Part shown: positions 47,200-61,505 of the stretch, one piece after another
How positions within the stretch are numbered: the first letter of the stretch is position 1
Layout: each line of letters opens with the position of its first letter
Assembly: GCA_965153455.1 (NCBI GenBank)
Contig: OZ234493.1
Location: forward strand, 5,394,001 to 5,458,000
Origin: Sphagnum compactum
Lineage: Eukaryota
Length of the DNA: 64,000 nucleotides
Reading direction: 5' to 3'
Translations under genes and position numbers: made by a program
The notes under the pieces: generated by a model
Seen by the model: the letters and a program-made list of their open reading frames with translations, nothing else
Database searches by the model: none
What the model was told of the DNA's origin: nothing

Positions 47200-49450
47200 T
47201 ACATTTTGTTATCTATATATGAGAATTAAAAAACTTTATCATTTGCATATAGCAAAAGAAAAATTGTTCTTAACTTGTTTCTCACATGTTGAACATTTCA
47301 TTAACACAAATAATCATTCATATGAAATACATAAATTGAAAAAAATTGAACATTGAACTATAAAACTACAAGGCAACATTTCAATAGGCTATTTTTGAGA
47401 AATAACAAATCTTCATCTTAACTCTTTGCTCCAAAAAATATCAAATGCACCAATATATCAATGCTTATTTTGTGAAAGACTACATGTTTCCATGGATAAA
47501 TAACATCACTTTTAAATCATTTACAAGTTATGACCTTTCTAAACATTTAGGTGACATATTCCTCATGTTTTTTATATGTGGTGCATGCTTAAACCCAAAT
47601 GATTAATAAAAGGGAAAATCCTTTGTACCAAGTGCCAAATTTCTATATATTTTTAGGAACTTAACCATGACTTTTGTTAACTGTTTACAACACTCAAAGA
47701 AAGGTTAATTTCATTGCATTGAACTTTTGCACAAATTTATAAACTACATATACAAAAGAATTGACATCAAATCCATTTTTTAAAAAAAATATCTACAATT
47801 TTTTATAAGAAAAGCTACATTTAACATTAATGGGTCCACCATACGCTTTTTTTTCATATTTAAGAAATGAATCATATGCTAATCTTGAAAATTTGAGTTC
47901 ACAAAATTTGAATAATTTAATATATCAATATAAACAACGTTGGTTGATTGTCATAGATGAAATACTCTTTTGGTTGAAACAAACATGTTTAATGCCATTA
48001 GTAAAAAAAATTGATCAATAAAACAAATTCATAATAAGTTTTTTTTGTTGGGCTTAATGTTGTAATCTTAGTTTGTGATTTTTCCCAAGCATCATTAATG
48101 ATAGACAAATGGCCCATGTTTAAAAAGTTGAATGATTGGCTTGAAGTTTTAGTTCCAAATGTTTGTCATCATCACATAAAGTGTTATGAAGTACACATGG
48201 TCATGCATCAAAATGATATGAGATTCATCCATTCACTTAATAGATTTTGAAACAATATATAACACCCAAATAAACATCAACACATTGAACAATGCATGTT
48301 TACTTGAACAAATGGCTCCAAAAGACCACATTTATTTTACACAAACACAACAACATTTGTTCATAATCATTTAGTATTCCAAAAAACAATAGGTCAAAAT
48401 TTCATCCTCTTAACTATAGATTGTTCAATGCCATTCAACTAACGTTTACCAAATGACCCCAATAAAATTGCAAGGTTCCACCGTTACAAATACAAGAAAA
48501 CATCTTCATCGAATTGTGTGCAAGAAATTATGCAAGTTACGATGAACTTGTTAATGGAATTGATGGTTTGTTCAAAATTACAACTTGTATGAATAATAAG
48601 TCATATATTTGGATTGACTTTTTGAATCTTAATTAATAGGTTGTCACATACAACATAAAAATGCATTTTTGTACACATAAAACAAAACATAATCAACATG
48701 GACAACCATAAAAGAAATACCATTAAAGAAATACCATTAAGCAAATGTCATACATAATTAATCACTTGAATACAATTTCCAGATCAACTACTTGTTGGTA
48801 AAATACACCAATCCCAAAAGGTTGTATTAGATGAAATGACATTTGACCCTATGTCTATAAACAAACATCAATCGAACCATATAACCTTCTTTCATGTCTG
48901 TAAATTGTACCTCTTTAACCCATTACAAGATTCAAAATTTCATGAAATTGATGCATGTGTCATTCATGAAATGAAAAAGCCCATGACATTTTTAAATTAA
49001 GAACTATTGTTTCCCAGGTTAAAAAATATTGTTATTCACATTTATCATTCAAAGTCTTAATATTAATTTTTTGCTCCAACATTATTAAGATGTTCAAAAT
49101 GATCATAAGTTAGAAAATCTCATTTTGATAAGAAAAAACATAATCATATATATATTTGACAAACATGACACTATAATGATGGACAATAATTCAATGAAAC
49201 TCTACAAAATCATATGAAACAATGACAAACACTAGATCAAAATTTATTATAAATACTTTTAATTCTAACACCAAAAAAATTGTACATGTTATTTCTTTAC
49301 ATAAATCTCATTCTATCTCTCTTACAATTTTTTGGGAAATGTTACATGGATTCATCATTATACCTCATTAACTTCATGTCCCACAAATATTCTAGGTGAC
49401 TTCAACATTGATATGCTTATGATTTCAAGATACTTCATCTAATTAAACTA
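47200..49450 (+). pseudogene. Decayed Pif1 helicase plus apurinic/apyrimidinic (EEP) endonuclease ORF, Helentron/Helitron2-like
   Basis: In order: KEKLFLTCF (linker), KATFNINGST (47811), WLIVIDEIL (47941, Walker B), FVGLNVVILVCDFSQA (48044), CYEVHMVMHQNDMRFIHSLNRF (48182), ELCARNYASYDELVNGIDG (48511), IQFPDQLLVGKIHQSQ (48770). Then the endonuclease-like IIQSLNINFLLQHY*DV (49044), IVHVISLHKSH (49279) and CPTNILGDFNIDML (49377-49418). Confidence 0.75.
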
Positions 49451-51889
49451 CAACAATGACTTTTAGAAAATTCAATTTCAAACAAGTGTAGTCACAATAA
49501 CATGTACTAACTTGTAACGCTTGCTTGGTTTTTTCATGTTTTGAAGTTGTAATTTAATTTGATGTTGAAATTGTAAGATTTGTTTATATAATTTTATTTA
49601 ATATATCATGGGAACATTTAAATTAATTTGAAATTAACCTAATGAGTAAAAAATAATAAAAGCACTCATCAAGCATTGTAACGTTTATTTTTAAGTAATA
49701 AAAGGATTTGTAAATGGATTTTTTTTTTCAAAATGACATTTTTTGCCAAATTTTTAACATAAACCTTAATAAAATATTATGAATTTTTTTTTAAATTTAA
49801 AACAAAATTGAAATTTTTTTCAAAAATATTCTTAAAATATTTTTCAAAAAGCAGTCACAAAAGCAATAAAAAAATAAGCAAATTTGGCTCATGTTATCCT
49901 ATTTGCACCCACACTCCATATCCATATTTCCATAACAATACAAAATGGTCTCATTTGTTAAATATGATAAGTACATGTATAAAATTGATATATATGCACC
50001 AATGTCCATAGCAATTAATTCTTGGTAAGTGTACTAGAAGCTTACTACCCCAAATATCATAAACCCATGTATATATATTGCATTCAAATTTCCTAACAAT
50101 TTGCCCAATGTGTTTAATTAACAATATAAAATTTTGTTTTCACTTGAGCACACAAATGTACTATATATACATTCCTATACTATTTCATACTCAATACCTA
50201 GACCACATCACTCTCCTCACTGGGCTTGTTATGAATAGGGTTTCAACTTGCTCATGTTTAGGGACCTAGCTAGTATTGCATTACACTAAAAGTGAAATTG
50301 GAAAAATAAAAAATAAATTCAATTTATGTTGAGGTCATCCATGTATTATGATATTCCTTGAATCTTTCAAACAATACAAAGAATGCACGGCCCCAATTTC
50401 TTTAACCATTTTAATTACGATTTTATTGAATTTTGTAATCTCAATAATATTGGTCAATATACAATAACTCATCATATTGTCACTCCTATATACATGCATG
50501 TATGGTCACGATGCACACATATTCCCAAGCTCACAATCATGTTAATTAATTGGTCCATAGAAATACTCTATTTGATTAGATCCACATTGAGTGATGTATT
50601 CACCGAGATATGAGATATTTCGGTTGAATGCATATAACCATCTTGAGTGATTTGGTATGTGTATCATGTTATGGCACATTGTGATCTATGCCCAAAAACT
50701 AGCCTTTAAACTCATCTTTATTGCAAGCACAATTAAAAAATAAAAGAAAAATAAAATCATGTATAGATAACAAATTGTAAAGAGCTATGAGAATTTTCAT
50801 ATTATATTTGGAGGATACAATCTCAAGTGTATTTTTCACTTCCGTGAAAGGCGAATATTTTTGAAAAAAATGCAAAGGTTCCTTTGGAGTGAGCGAGCAT
50901 TTCAGTTTTCAAAATAAAAGCAAAATGTGCATCCTCTTATGTTTGTTTTTTTCATGGGAAAAATGGAAAAAATTACATTTATGTGGGGAAACACCCACTC
51001 CTTGGGCTTTGCCTAACTCCATACCCTAAGACCTCTCATCTCAAAATGAATGAAAGTGATGAAAATTATGATTAGGAATTGCATAACATTTGGGAGAAAA
51101 TGGATGAAACTAAGGATTCGGAACCACCGGTTGACTGAGATGACATTGGAAAAATTATGGATGAAAATATTGAACACAAGCGCCAGGTTGAACTTATGGA
51201 TGAACATCAATCAGGCTGCCAGGGGACACAACAAACGTGAATCACAGAAAAAGAAAAAGTGGACGCATTGGACAAAGAACACAAAGGAAATGGATGACCT
51301 TTTGAAAGAAAGTGGATGAGGAGGATTTACTCGAAATGAAAAAAATTTAGGAGGAGAGGTGATATTTATTTTTGGACAAATTTTGTCGTTAATTCGACCC
51401 AAAAATTGGGTAAATTTTGGAGAAAAATGTGTTTTTTGTTGTCTAAAACCAACTGATTTTGTTATTTCTCCAGAAAGAAATGGCGAAATTTTCAATAACA
51501 CAAAATTGAAAAAAACCTACAAGGCATGGAAAGAGAGAGACAGAGGAAAAGAAAAAAACGGATGAGGGGAAATGGATGGAAGTGGGAAGGAAAATGGATG
51601 GATGTGAGAAAAACTGACGCGAGGACGGATGCACAAGTGGATGAGAAATGGATGCAAGTGAGCAACAACGTGGGGATCACAAATGGATGAGAAGAGAGCG
51701 GCCACGAGCACTGCGAACAAGCTTGTGCGCAGACTGCATGGCCAGGGAGGAACCGCCGTCGTTGTAGTTTGTCGCTGCTGTTGCCGCTCCAGGCTCCGTC
51801 TTCATCTTCCTCGATCTGCCTGGCTTCCTGCCTGCCTTCCCTCCCATCGCTCCTCTTTCTTTCTTTCCTTCCTTTGCATCTCCCAATTC

Positions 51890-52240
51890 TTGCTCCACAA
51901 GCTCAAGAACAACAAGTTCAAAACCAAACAGAAGCAGCTGCCAAACAAGCTCCACAACAAGTAGAAGAAGACCGAACAGAGGCAAAAGGTTCGACAACAA
52001 GCTTCACAACAAGTAGAAGAAGACCAAACAGAGGCAGGAAGATTTGACAAGTAGAAGAAGAGGAAACAACAGAAGCAGCCAAAGATTGCTCAATATCATG
52101 TAGGACACGGAAGCAGAAGCAGTCGAAGAAGAAGCACAAGAGCAATTCATTCAGGAAGTACAAGCAGTCGAAGAAGTAGAAGAGGAAACAGAAGCGGTGG
52201 AAGAAGGACGAGGAAAGAAAGAAAGAAAGAAAGAAAGACG
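51890..52240 (+). repeat. Purine-rich degenerate repeats upstream of LIP1
   Basis: CAAGCT(C/T)CACAACAAGTAGAAGAAGACC(G/A)AACAGAGGCA twice at ~52-bp period plus partial copies; GCAGTCGAAGAAG twice; (GAAA)n, (GACG)n and (GACA)n runs. Confidence 0.75.
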
Positions 52241-52336
52241 GACGGACGGACGGGCAGAGGGACAGACAGAGACAGAGAGACAGAGAAGGGGGGGGGGGTT
52301 TCTTGAAGGAGGCAGGAGGCGGGGACAAGGGAAAAG

Positions 52337-55300
52337 ATGAAGTGGAGCATGGCAGGATCGCGGTTCATTGCTCTGCTGCCTTATTGTCAGCGTAGAGTAG
52401 GAGCGAGAGCAGCCAGATGCAGCACGATGTTGGCGACGTCGGAAGAATCTCAAGTGCTAAAGCTTGGACAGGCATGGAAGCGCGCGTATCATCATCATCA
52501 GGCGTCGCCGGTGAGCACTGTCGGAGTTCAAGATGGCAATGCGCCTTCCATTTCCATTGGTGAGAATCATCCCCTGAGCTTCTTGAGGTTGGCGCTAAAA
52601 CTCTTTCTGTGGATCTGGATCCCTTTTCTTCGGGAGATTTTTGCAGGGTTTAGTGTTCGCGCATGTCGTCACGTGGACTGCCTTTGAATTCCATCTCTGT
52701 CTCTGTCTCTCTCTGTGAGTAAACCTAAACAAGGTCGGATTGCTCAATTGTCCAATGGCAATTGCTGTAGAGAGGTCATAATCATCTCTGGACGATGGAT
52801 TTTGGAGAACAACTTGTTTATTTTCTTTCATATCAGCATCGACAAGTGTCAAACCCTAACTGCCAGGACATGCGGATCTTTTGATGCATGCAGAGGGAAC
52901 TGTAATGCTTGCTTGCTGTAACAGCCCTATGAACCCCTCTATAGCCATGTTTTTCAGGGTTTCAGATTGCATGTTTTTTTCTGTTCTTGATTCTCAGTTT
53001 CTGGAGCTCCTAGGACATATCTGTAAAGCTCCACACACTCTACACACTCTAGAGACACTCCATCAGCATTCTTGCATTGGATGCTTTGATGGTGCAAAAT
53101 TTCTGACATCGGAGGAATTGTTATGGGGTTTGCAGGTCACCAAGTGCAAAGCTCTTCAATGGAAGCAGCAGCAGTCTCGGAGTTGTCAGATCCAGCACCA
53201 CCAACACTGGCAACCCTTCAAAGTCAAAGCTTGTCGTCAACTGAAGCAGCAGCCACAGAGTTGTCAGCTCCAGCAACGCCAACACTGGCAGCCCTGCGAA
53301 GTCGTCTATCCAGTGGGGGTCCAAGCCTCATGGACTTCATAACAAGCTCCAGTTCCAGTCCAGAGGGATACTCTGTTGAAGTGGGCACTAAAAAGGCTCC
53401 GAAACCCAAGCCTGAGTGGATGAAAATGGTGATCCCAGGCGGTGACAAGTATGCAGCTATTAAGTCCAAGTTACGGGAGCTGAAGCTCAACACTGTGTGT
53501 GAGGAGGCCAAGTGCCCTAATATCGGGGAATGCTGGACGGGTGGTGAAACTGGGACTGCCACAGCAACAATCATGATACTTGGAGACACTTGCACTCGCG
53601 GTTGCCGGTAAAAAGTCAATGATGCCAGGCTTTAGATCATTTCACAAGAGCTTGTTGATGCCATCCTTTCATGTGCTAGTGAGATGCTATTTGAGCTTAG
53701 GGTTTATGGTTATGGTGCAAGAAGCAATGGTGACATAAAATGCCATCATCAGTATTTGTAACCAGACCACTTTTGAGGTTTGCTTGACAAGAATGGGATG
53801 GTGTAGGTTTTGTGCAGTTAAAACATCACGGGCACCACCTCCACCTGACCCAGAAGAGCCCAAGAAAGTAGCTGAAGCAATAGTAGCATGGGGCCTTGAT
53901 TATGTTGTGCTCACCAGTGTGGACCGCGATGATATGTCTGACCAGGGCAGTAACCACTTTGCAGAAACTGTGAGGCACCTGAAGTCCCGCAAGCCTTCCA
54001 TGCTGGTGGAAGCCTTAGGTCTCTCTCTGTCTCTCTCTGTCTCTCTCCTTCCTCTTCTTCTTCTTCTTGAAATTCAGAGTATTGCAGCCTTTCAAGTGAT
54101 TTTCTGTGGGAATTCAATATGTCTTGTTTGGTTTTTTCCTTCCATGTGGTCCTGCTGAATGTCAAGTGTGACATATGATGCAGTTCCGGACTTTCGGGGG
54201 GATTCTGAGTGTGTAGAAAGAGTGGCCACATCAGGGCTCGATGTGTTTGCTCACAATATTGAGACAGTTGAGGAGCTTCAAGCCTCTGTGCGTGATCACC
54301 GTGCCAACTTCAGTCAATCAATTCACGTGTTGCAAATGGCCAAAGAGATGGCACCCCCTGGCACGCTCACTAAAACCTCCATCATGCTTGGGTGTGGGGA
54401 AACTCCTGTCCAGGTGATGAACATTCTTTGACTGAGTATTGGAATTTCAGCCAAGCAGGGTTTAGGAGTTCAAGCAGGACAGAATGTTCTCATAATTTTC
54501 CTGCTTGACATTCAGCATGTTAGCACATCATCACACTGGAACAATTTGTTCGTGTACAAAAGCAGTCTTCCATAAGTAGCATTTTTATCCTGTAGTTCAT
54601 GTATCAATGCCCAAAAGGAATGACTGAGTCGTGGAATGGTGATGTGTCTCTCTCTGTATCCATTCCCTGTTTGTAAGTGGAAGTCTTTGTGACAGTGGGT
54701 GATAGTGGATGGATATAGGTGGTGGAGACAATGAGGAAAGTGAGGGAAGCTGGAGTGGATGTGATGACATTGGGCCAATACATGCGCCCTACTAAGCGAC
54801 ACATGCCTGTCTCCGAATATATCACTCCTGAAGCCTTTGAAGAGTATCGTAAAATAGGGTTGGAAATGGTGAGCCTTTCCCCAACTCTCTTCTTTTCTGG
54901 CTCCAATCCAGTCTTCCTTTTTTTACCGTGCGTCCTCCTCTCTCTTAATGTCTTAGCAATAATCAAACTGTATGTGATGACAATTACAAACGAAAGCTTC
55001 CAGTCTCTTCTCTCCCCATTTGACAATTTCACTTCCGTTCCAAAGGTGTGGTATTGGCTAGAAGGGTTATTGCTGAGGCTTCAACTCAGTTCTTGTTTCC
55101 AACTCAATATTGAAGCTCTGAACAACTTGGTGCTCACCTTTAGCTCTTCTATCATCCTTCCTCCTGTTTTTCACTTGTGTGTGGTTTTTGGGTCTCTTGT
55201 TGTCATCTGTTGCCTCCATGCCTCACTGGTTGGGACCATTTTTTTTTGGTGTAAGGTTTTGCTCAGCATCCTTGAGATGTATTTGTAGAGAAAAGTTTAC

Positions 55301-55477
55301 CACACTTACATTTTTCATTCTTTTGTGTCAATCATGTTTTCTCGCATCCAGGGGTTCCGCTATGTTGCATCAGGCCCAATGGTGAGGTCATCTTACAAAG
55401 CTGGGGAATTTTTCATCAAGTCCATGATTGAAGCAGACCGTGAGAAAGATAAGTTAACTGCAGCTGCATCTCTCTAG
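52337..55477 (+). CDS. LIP1: Lipoyl synthase (radical SAM), mitochondrial type
   Basis: Exons 52337-52559, 53136-53607, 53807-54018, 54184-54413, 54719-54868, 55352-55477 (1413 nt, 470 aa; the start could instead be ATG 52349). CX4CX5C ([12 protein letters not shown]), CX3CX2C (CTRGCR|FC), [32 protein letters not shown] and C-terminal VRSSYKA. Exon 1 was assigned by phase compatibility and is less certain. Confidence 0.94.
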
Positions 55478-57019
55478 AGATCTTTTGCATTCACCATGTT
55501 GGCAGAAACTATTTAAAGACTGGATAGTCTACGCAAGTGACTATAAGGCAACATGTCACACACAGTTCATAATGCTTAGGGTGATATGCCTTGGAGAGGC
55601 AATGGATAAGGTCATTTTTTTATCATAGAAACTAGGTGAGTGTGATCAGTGTTTGCTGTAGATTGTGTTGCAGAGTTGGACTGTCTGGACCCAGGAATGT
55701 ACAGTCTGGCAGTATATTTGGGGGTTCCTGAAGCAAAGATTTTCTTCCCTTATTGTAACTATTAAAGGAACAAATATGCCGACATTGGCATGGAATGAGA
55801 AGGCACATCTCAAATGGGCAATGCCTAAAATGGGCAATGCCTTTGCAAATACAGGAGGTGGCAAGAGGTTTTTGGCAGTTGGGTGGGATCATGGATCATC
55901 ACTTCTGTTGTCATGCTGAAATGATTGTTTCACTCCTGGTCAAGTCTGGCGATTTTGGGTGGTGTTGAGTACTTATAAGGGGTTGCCTAGAAATCCAAGT
56001 TTGCTGACAGGTTTAGTTGGTTGTGAGTAGAAGTGAAGATTTTGTTTGCGATTCACTGATGATCTCTACACACGATTGGGAGTGAACGAAGTCAGTTGAG
56101 GAGAAATGCTAGCTTGTGTTGCCATCCACACCAAAGGTGGATACTTTGTGAGGGATGCCCATGGGTAAATTGTGCCCCACTCATTCTTGTCATGTTTGTT
56201 TTGGTTTGATAAGTATTGATGTTGACATGTTACCAAGTTGGTTGAAGTGGCAATGAAGAATAAGCATTTGATTGTAGTACACACTAAAACCAATTTCTTG
56301 AATTGTGAACAAAATATATTGCCTTGAATGACATTTGGTGTGGTAATGGAAGGTGTATTTGGATGGGTTAGGGTAGGTAGGCTGGTGAGCAAACACACTT
56401 AAAAACTCAAAAGGAGGTTGAATCCTCACTCATTGTTCCTTTACTTCCTGAAGCTCAAAGAACATTTGTAGCCCTCCACTTAGTGCTTCCGATGCCTCAA
56501 AAATTGCTCAATTTGCTAAAGGAATGGGGAAGATACGGGGTCTTTGGTGCAATAGGGTTTAGTGATGGGTGCATTAAAACGATAAGGATTTTGAGCTTCA
56601 AATCTTTGATTGATGCATCTTTGCCTCTACTGCAAAGATGTTTTGTGAAGCCCTAGTAGGTGCACCAGTCAGGTTTTTAATCACTCAAAACCGACTAAAA
56701 ATGAGGAAGATATGGGGCTGGATCTAGAGAGTGGTCTAGAGCTATTTTTTCAAAAAAATTGAAGCAAACTATCACTTCATCCTTCTTCTTGTGTTTGCTG
56801 TGACTCTTTTACTTCTGATGCTCAAAGAACAATTATAGACCTTCAGTTTGCACATCCCCCAAGTCACAAAAATCACTCAATTGAATTAAGGGATGAGGAA
56901 AATATTGAAAGGTGTTTGGTGATAAGTATGTGTTCTACGATGGGCGGTTCTACCCTGGTTAGAAATATTGCCACCATGATTAGCGTAGTGTTGACGATAG
57001 CCAAAATGTGAATCAAAGT

Positions 57020-57662
57020 GTTCATGCTTAAAGAATCATGAAAAGGAGGCCAAATTGGAAGATGCATTGAAAGGCATACATACAGAGATGAAAGCACTCA
57101 AAATGAACTATGCTAATTGTTGACCATAACTCTAAATAAGGACCAAAATGCTTGTGCTTAAAGAACCATGAGAAGAAGGCCAAATCAGCTGACAAGTGAA
57201 CTAGGCTGGACAATGGATGGGGAAACAAAAGAATAAGAATGCCAAATCGGAAGATGCTTTGAAAGGCATGAGGATGAAAGCAACCAAAAGTGAAGTAGGA
57301 TGGACAATGGATGAGGAAACAAGAAGAGTAAGAAAGCCAAATTAGAAGATGCTTCAAAAAGGCATAAGGATAAAAAGCATCAAAAGTGAAGTAGGATGGA
57401 TTTTGGATGAGGAAACACAAGAGTAAGAAGGTCAAATCAAAAGATGCTTTAAGAGGCATTTTAAGGATAAAAGCACTCCAAAGTGAACTAGGATGGACAA
57501 TGGACGGGGAAACAAAAGAGTAAGAAGGTGGAATCCGAAGATGCTTTGAAAACACATAAGGGTAAAAGCACTCAAAAGTGAACTAGGACGAACAATGGAT
57601 GGGGAAACAAAAGAGCAGCAACACATTGGTTGCCAATCAAAGGGCACAAAAGTGAAGTAGGG
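57020..57662. repeat. ~95-bp tandem repeat, ~5-6 copies
   Basis: GTGAA(C/G)TAGGATGGACAATGGATG(A/G)GGAAACAAAAGAGTAAGAAGGCCAAAT.GGAAGATGCTTTGAAAGGCAT..GGATAAAAGCA near 57196, 57290, 57385, 57483 and 57578, with a partial copy at 57652. Confidence 0.9.
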
Positions 57663-60600
57663 CATACATACATGGGTCCTCCAAAAGGGTCACCTTATCT
57701 ATTGGCCATGGTACTGAATGCCAATCTCCTCAAAACAATGTGATAGCACAATTGGAATAGGCAGTTGAAGAAGATATCTAATTGCAAAATATTGTGTATC
57801 TAAAGAGCTAATCATCTTGGTTAAAGATGGAGAATGCGAACAATAATGACCATTTATGAAAAAACTACAAGATAATTTTAGATCTTAAGTTCGGTTGAAA
57901 ATAATACACTTGAAATAAAGGAATAAACACAATACAAGATAATTCGGATCTTAATTAGGTCAAAAATGTCCTTGAAATAAAGTGACAAACCCAATTGAAG
58001 TCACAGTGCATATTTTTGAAGCATGGATATAGGGTCAAAAAAGAAAGGAGTGGGGGAAAATGGGTGTGCAAAAAAGAAAATGAAAAAGCTAGAGATATGA
58101 GTCCATGCCACATAGGTGCACTCCCCCAAGTTGTGTCAAAGTGGAAAATTTTCAACAAAGGTGCTTGTGAACATGGGGAGCTTAATGGAGACTCGGAAAA
58201 TAAGATGAGCTTTGGAACAAATGCTACAACTTGATTCAAAGAAAGTCTTCATTGGGGAACTAAAGGTGCTCTATAAAAAGTACCTACATAGACCTTGTGT
58301 ATGGATGGGATGATGCATAGGTGAACTCAAACTTCCAATTTGATTCCACAATGGTTAGCTTAGTTGATGTGTTGAATACGTACCTATTAACAACTGGGTA
58401 ACCCTTACCTACATACTAACCATCTACATTGCATCTACTTACCTAATCACCTATTGTTCTACCCACCTACTACTACCTACAGAATTGCTCTACCTTTGTT
58501 TTTCAAAAAATTAGGAAAGGTTACCCAAGGTGAAACCCAACATCAACTCACTTTGGATCAATTGACTATCAAGTTAGAACTCATAAGATGCTTTCACCTT
58601 GTCCTCTTTGCTAATGAAGATCCAAAACACTCAATTAAACTAACCTCAAACCAAATTTGAAGCTTATCTTAGTTCCTGGACATTTTCAGCTAAGTTTGAA
58701 TAATTTTATATCTTTTAAAAAATGCAGATGTAGAATCTTGAGTGTGTGTACATTTATTTGCAAATTTTAAATTTTAAATTTGATTAATTTAATTAAAAAT
58801 TTCAGACGATTAGCCACTGGTCCTTAAGCTTCAATGCCAGAGAAAGGCCTTTGCCTCTACACCGCCCCAGGAAACACAGTAAAGACAAACTGTAACATGT
58901 TGTGTGTTAAGAAATGTAAGTTTAGACCCGACAAACAACCCATTCTTGAAAAACCCACAAAGACCGAAGAAAAAACGCACACAACAATTTGGTCAGTGTT
59001 TTGAGCGGGGAACAACAAGTATACGTACTTACTTACACTTCCCTCTTTATGCACACGATCTGAGTGCCTCTCCAATGGTCAATAGACTAAGGTACTGGGA
59101 CTCTGCATCTTCCAAAGCTCATTAGACCCAGTCAAGCTGCTGCATCCACCATTCCACATGACATCATAAAATGATTTTATTTTATTTTTTTCTTTTTTTT
59201 GGTGGGTCATGGAGCACTTGGTGGACCAAAAAACCAAAAAAAAAAAACCCTAAAAAGATAAACCCTAATATAGTATAAAAAAGCAGGTCCCAGCAAAGTG
59301 GAGTGAAGTACAAACTTTCCCCCCAAGTAGGTGTGTACTTTTGAATCTTGAGATTAGATATTGTTCATGTTTTGCAAGTATGGCGGAACGAATAGTTTGA
59401 GGAGGACAAAGAAAGTTTTTTCAAGTTGCATTCGGTTGCATCCAGAAGTAAAGCAAATTGCAACTGAAAGTTAGCAGCAATGGTGGTGTTCACTTGAAGT
59501 TGGGTATTATAACATTGTTTTTCTGGTACAACGAGCTGCTGACCTTTTCAGGCAGTGATATTAATCCCAATGGAATTAAAAATTTATCAATGTTGGTTCG
59601 GTCACTTTATGTATGCATGGGATTTCAAAGGATGGTTATGATCATATGAATCCCTTATTAGAGTATCATAGCTTACAAGACATTATCTATGGCACGAGGG
59701 AATATGTTCTTAATCATTTTAGTTTCAGTTAATTACATAAATTGTTTCTTCACATTATTAAGTATTTGCGCTTTCCAATTGTGTTGGGTTTTCATCAAAA
59801 TATTAATATTTGAAAAAAATTGGGGGAGAATTGTTACTTGGATGAATCCTGAACAAAGAACATGTAATTTAGAATTTGTGAAAAATGAACATTCCATCTT
59901 CCATGCATTTAATAATTTAAAAATTAGGCAAACTCTACAAGTCTTGTTTCTATCTACACAAAGCTAAACTGAGTATTATATATAAACTTAATCACGACTT
60001 CATGCTAGAGTTAGACATCTTGCGTTGGAAGTAGTTTTGGATGGATGATGATTAAGAAGAAACCCGATGTTACAACTAAATAAATCTCAACTCCAAGAGG
60101 CAGACAAAGTCATGATGTACACAAGAGGAGGCTTTCAGCTCTTAATTTATCACATATCAATGTTCATATTCCCAGGGCTTTTTTTGGTGGAAATTTTTGG
60201 AAATTTTCAAATCTTGGTGTAAATTTTAATATTTTTTCTTTTAAAATGAAAATTTTTCACCAAACATTTGAAACCACAAAATTTTAAAAAAGCCATGATT
60301 CCCATCCTGAAAATAAATTTAAAACTATTTCACTTTCAGATGCCCCCGTTGGTTTAAACAATAATAAAGGTGTACAAAGATGCATGAGGTCCATGTCATG
60401 ATATTAGCATGAATCTCACTAGTTTTGAAATATATTAATTGCATACTAGATTACCTTGTTTACATGACAAATGAAAATTCTTATTCATTGGCATAAGATT
60501 TTTTAATGCAATTAAAACCAAATTACATAGGGAAAAAAATAAAAATGAGATGCATGACAATGAAGTAGAGCTTTTGAAATAATTGGAATATCAAATCATT

Positions 60601-61219
60601 TACAAAGTCCCCTTCCTTACTCCTAGAGCTTTAAGTCCAAAGTATTTGGTTTTTAAAAACCTAATTCTAAGTTACTATGAGCATCATCTCTAGTGGTGCA
60701 ATATTGGATGAAGAAGAGCATTGATCTTGCTAGTTTGGAGCATATAAACATGGCTTTGAGTCAGCAATTTTACATAGGATGCAATGGGTAAGCAAAAGGC
60801 CGTTTCACAATCCAACTCTTGTTCTTATTGGCCAGATGATTTGATGATTGGTTCAAGTGGTTTGCTATTAGTGATACTCACACCTTGTACGGTGTTAGTG
60901 TCATGTTTGTGGTTGGGCCCTGGGAAACACGAAGAAGCTCGGCAGATCGGATTGGATTGGATGTAAGATGTAGCGTTGGAGGGCCACATGTTGAGTGAGT
61001 ATGGGTGGAGCTGCTCCAAGTATGTTGTTTCTACATGTGCACTTCAAGACCTCCTGTTTATGTTCGTTTGTTCCAATGAATTCTAGCATCAAGGTGTTGT
61101 AGTCTCAATTGAATGTGTGTAGTAATCATGTTGCCTAAAGGCATGGCCCAACAAAAGTTCTTATAGGGATCCCAAGTATGAGCATGAGATTCAAGAACTA
61201 CATACCAGCTATTTTAGTA

Positions 61220-61241
61220 TAGGGTTTAGGGTTTAGGGTTT
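61220..61241 (+). repeat. Short interstitial plant telomere-type repeat (TAGGGTT)x3
   Basis: TAGGGTTTAGGGTTTAGGGTTT read directly. Confidence 0.8.
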
Positions 61242-61505
61242 TTCCAACCATAAATCCATTTATCTTTTTTTAAAAATTATAACGACGTTAAAAAGTTATC
61301 ATTCTCAAGTTGGATTACTTCTGCACATTGATGAATTTGCCATGATTCATCTCATCTCCGCACATAGCAAGCCACATAATCAATTGCAACACCACTTACT
61401 TTCAAGTTGGAAACAAAATCCTAATTTCAAGGGCCTTGTGAGATGATTCTTCATATGACCATAGCACTAAACGACATCTAAATATTGTGCTTTTGCACAT
61501 TTAAC

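Noticed and set aside
51677-52453. Multiple overlapping ORFs upstream of LIP1
   Set aside because: Products of purine-rich simple repeats with no domain signal.
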